A DNA stretch of 63,841 nucleotides, filler included, from Octopus bimaculoides (taxonomy: Eukaryota): NCBI RefSeq assembly GCF_001194135.2. It is 7 parts of 6 records of this genome, joined end to end, with 100 filler letters (N's around TTAATTAATTAA, not from the genome) between each part and the next. Parts side by side here need not be neighbours in the genome. Positions count along the whole stretch, not along the records: positions 62,357 to 63,841 come from NC_069005.1; 6 more parts are not named here. One strand, 5' to 3'. The translations under genes were made by a program, and so were the position numbers. Of this stretch, positions 62,911 through 63,841 are shown in pieces. The notes beneath the pieces were generated by a model that searched no databases, was not told the DNA's origin, and saw nothing but the letters and a program-made list of their open reading frames with translations. How positions within the stretch are numbered: position 1 is the stretch's first letter; each line of letters opens with the position of its first letter.

Positions 62911-63841
62911 TATAATATACGAAATAATACATCGAATCAGTATTATTCTGGCAATACGAGAAGGTAACGACTCTTCAGGTCTGCGCACAAATCAAAATGC
63001 TAAACGCATTCACAAAAATATATACCACTCGTTGAAGGTGCTCCTATCATGGCTTTAACTAAACAATAGTTAAAACAAAAAAACAAATACACGATAAACC
63101 ACAAATCCAAAACAACCGGACAGGAAACAGCTGGAATCAAAGAGAGTAAAGGGAAAATAAGGAAATGAACAGACACAGTATATAAGATAAGAAATCTTTG
63201 TGTCTCCAGAATCCTACATCTATTAATAGATAATGTCTTCCCCAAAGTCATTTGGTTGACTGACTGCATAACTTAGCATCTGTTTAGTAATTTGATGTTG
63301 CTGTCTCTCACCCAGAATTTTTGTTAAGACTTTTTATACCACCAATTGATTTAGTAGCAGGCTGCTGGTAAAAATATTTATGATGTTTACTCATTGTCAC
63401 AAACATAGTGACAGATACATTTTTTAAGGCAAATAAAAACTAAGTTATTTCTTTGTGAAATGTATTTTGACGGGTTGGGGAGAAATAATCTGCTAAATTA
63501 CGAAAGATTAAAATTGTGCAGAATATTTAAGGAATAAAAAAAAATTTCATACCATTATATATACCTATATGTATATATATAAACCTTTTCCATACACACA
63601 CAGAGTTGAAACGCTGATTTTTTTCACCCCTTCCTTCCTTGTTCATCTTTCACCCCTTCCTTTCTCCATTGTTATTCCTTTCTCTCACTCTCTCAGTCAG
63701 AGCTATTACACTCACTACTTCTCCTTCACTGAATTACTATTTTCTCTCCTCTCCCTTCACTTATACTACACTTTCACCTACTTCGTCTTACTCTCCTACT
63801 CTGTGATTTGGGACAAATATATATATATATATATATATATA

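Overview
AT-rich, microsatellite-saturated, gapped animal genomic DNA. The repeat families resemble those of coleoid cephalopods (Octopus-like); this is inference, not a database result. No prokaryotic operons, rRNA, intact tRNA or CRISPR array are visible. Nearly all long ORFs in the ORF track are N-gap or microsatellite artefacts. The one recognisable host gene is a sialate O-acetylesterase (SIAE) homologue on the minus strand. Three exons (33602-33271, 28161-28023, 27657-27489) have canonical splice sites and compatible phases and include the GQSNM catalytic motif; its first exon and 3' half were not found. One strong orphan exon lies at 51091-50913 (-). The rest is a nested mosaic of tRNA-derived SINEs, MITEs and decayed mariner, hAT, Merlin, Helitron, Gypsy, Tx1/L1, CR1, RTE, R4/Dong and Penelope-like fragments. 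The most interesting signal is a set of minimal hammerhead-ribozyme (HHR) motifs of the Penelope-associated type. The main family joins a tRNA-like Pol III head, a variable microsatellite, an HHR (GACAC-CUGAUGA-A-GGCUG..CAGCC-GAA-ACGU-U/GUGUU) and a conserved tail. It occurs twice as an inverted pair flanked by an apparent target-site duplication. This looks like a Pol III-driven, ribozyme-bearing, possibly Penelope-mobilised SINE/retrozyme-like element. Repeat boundaries are approximate (about +/-20 bp) unless terminal motifs are quoted.
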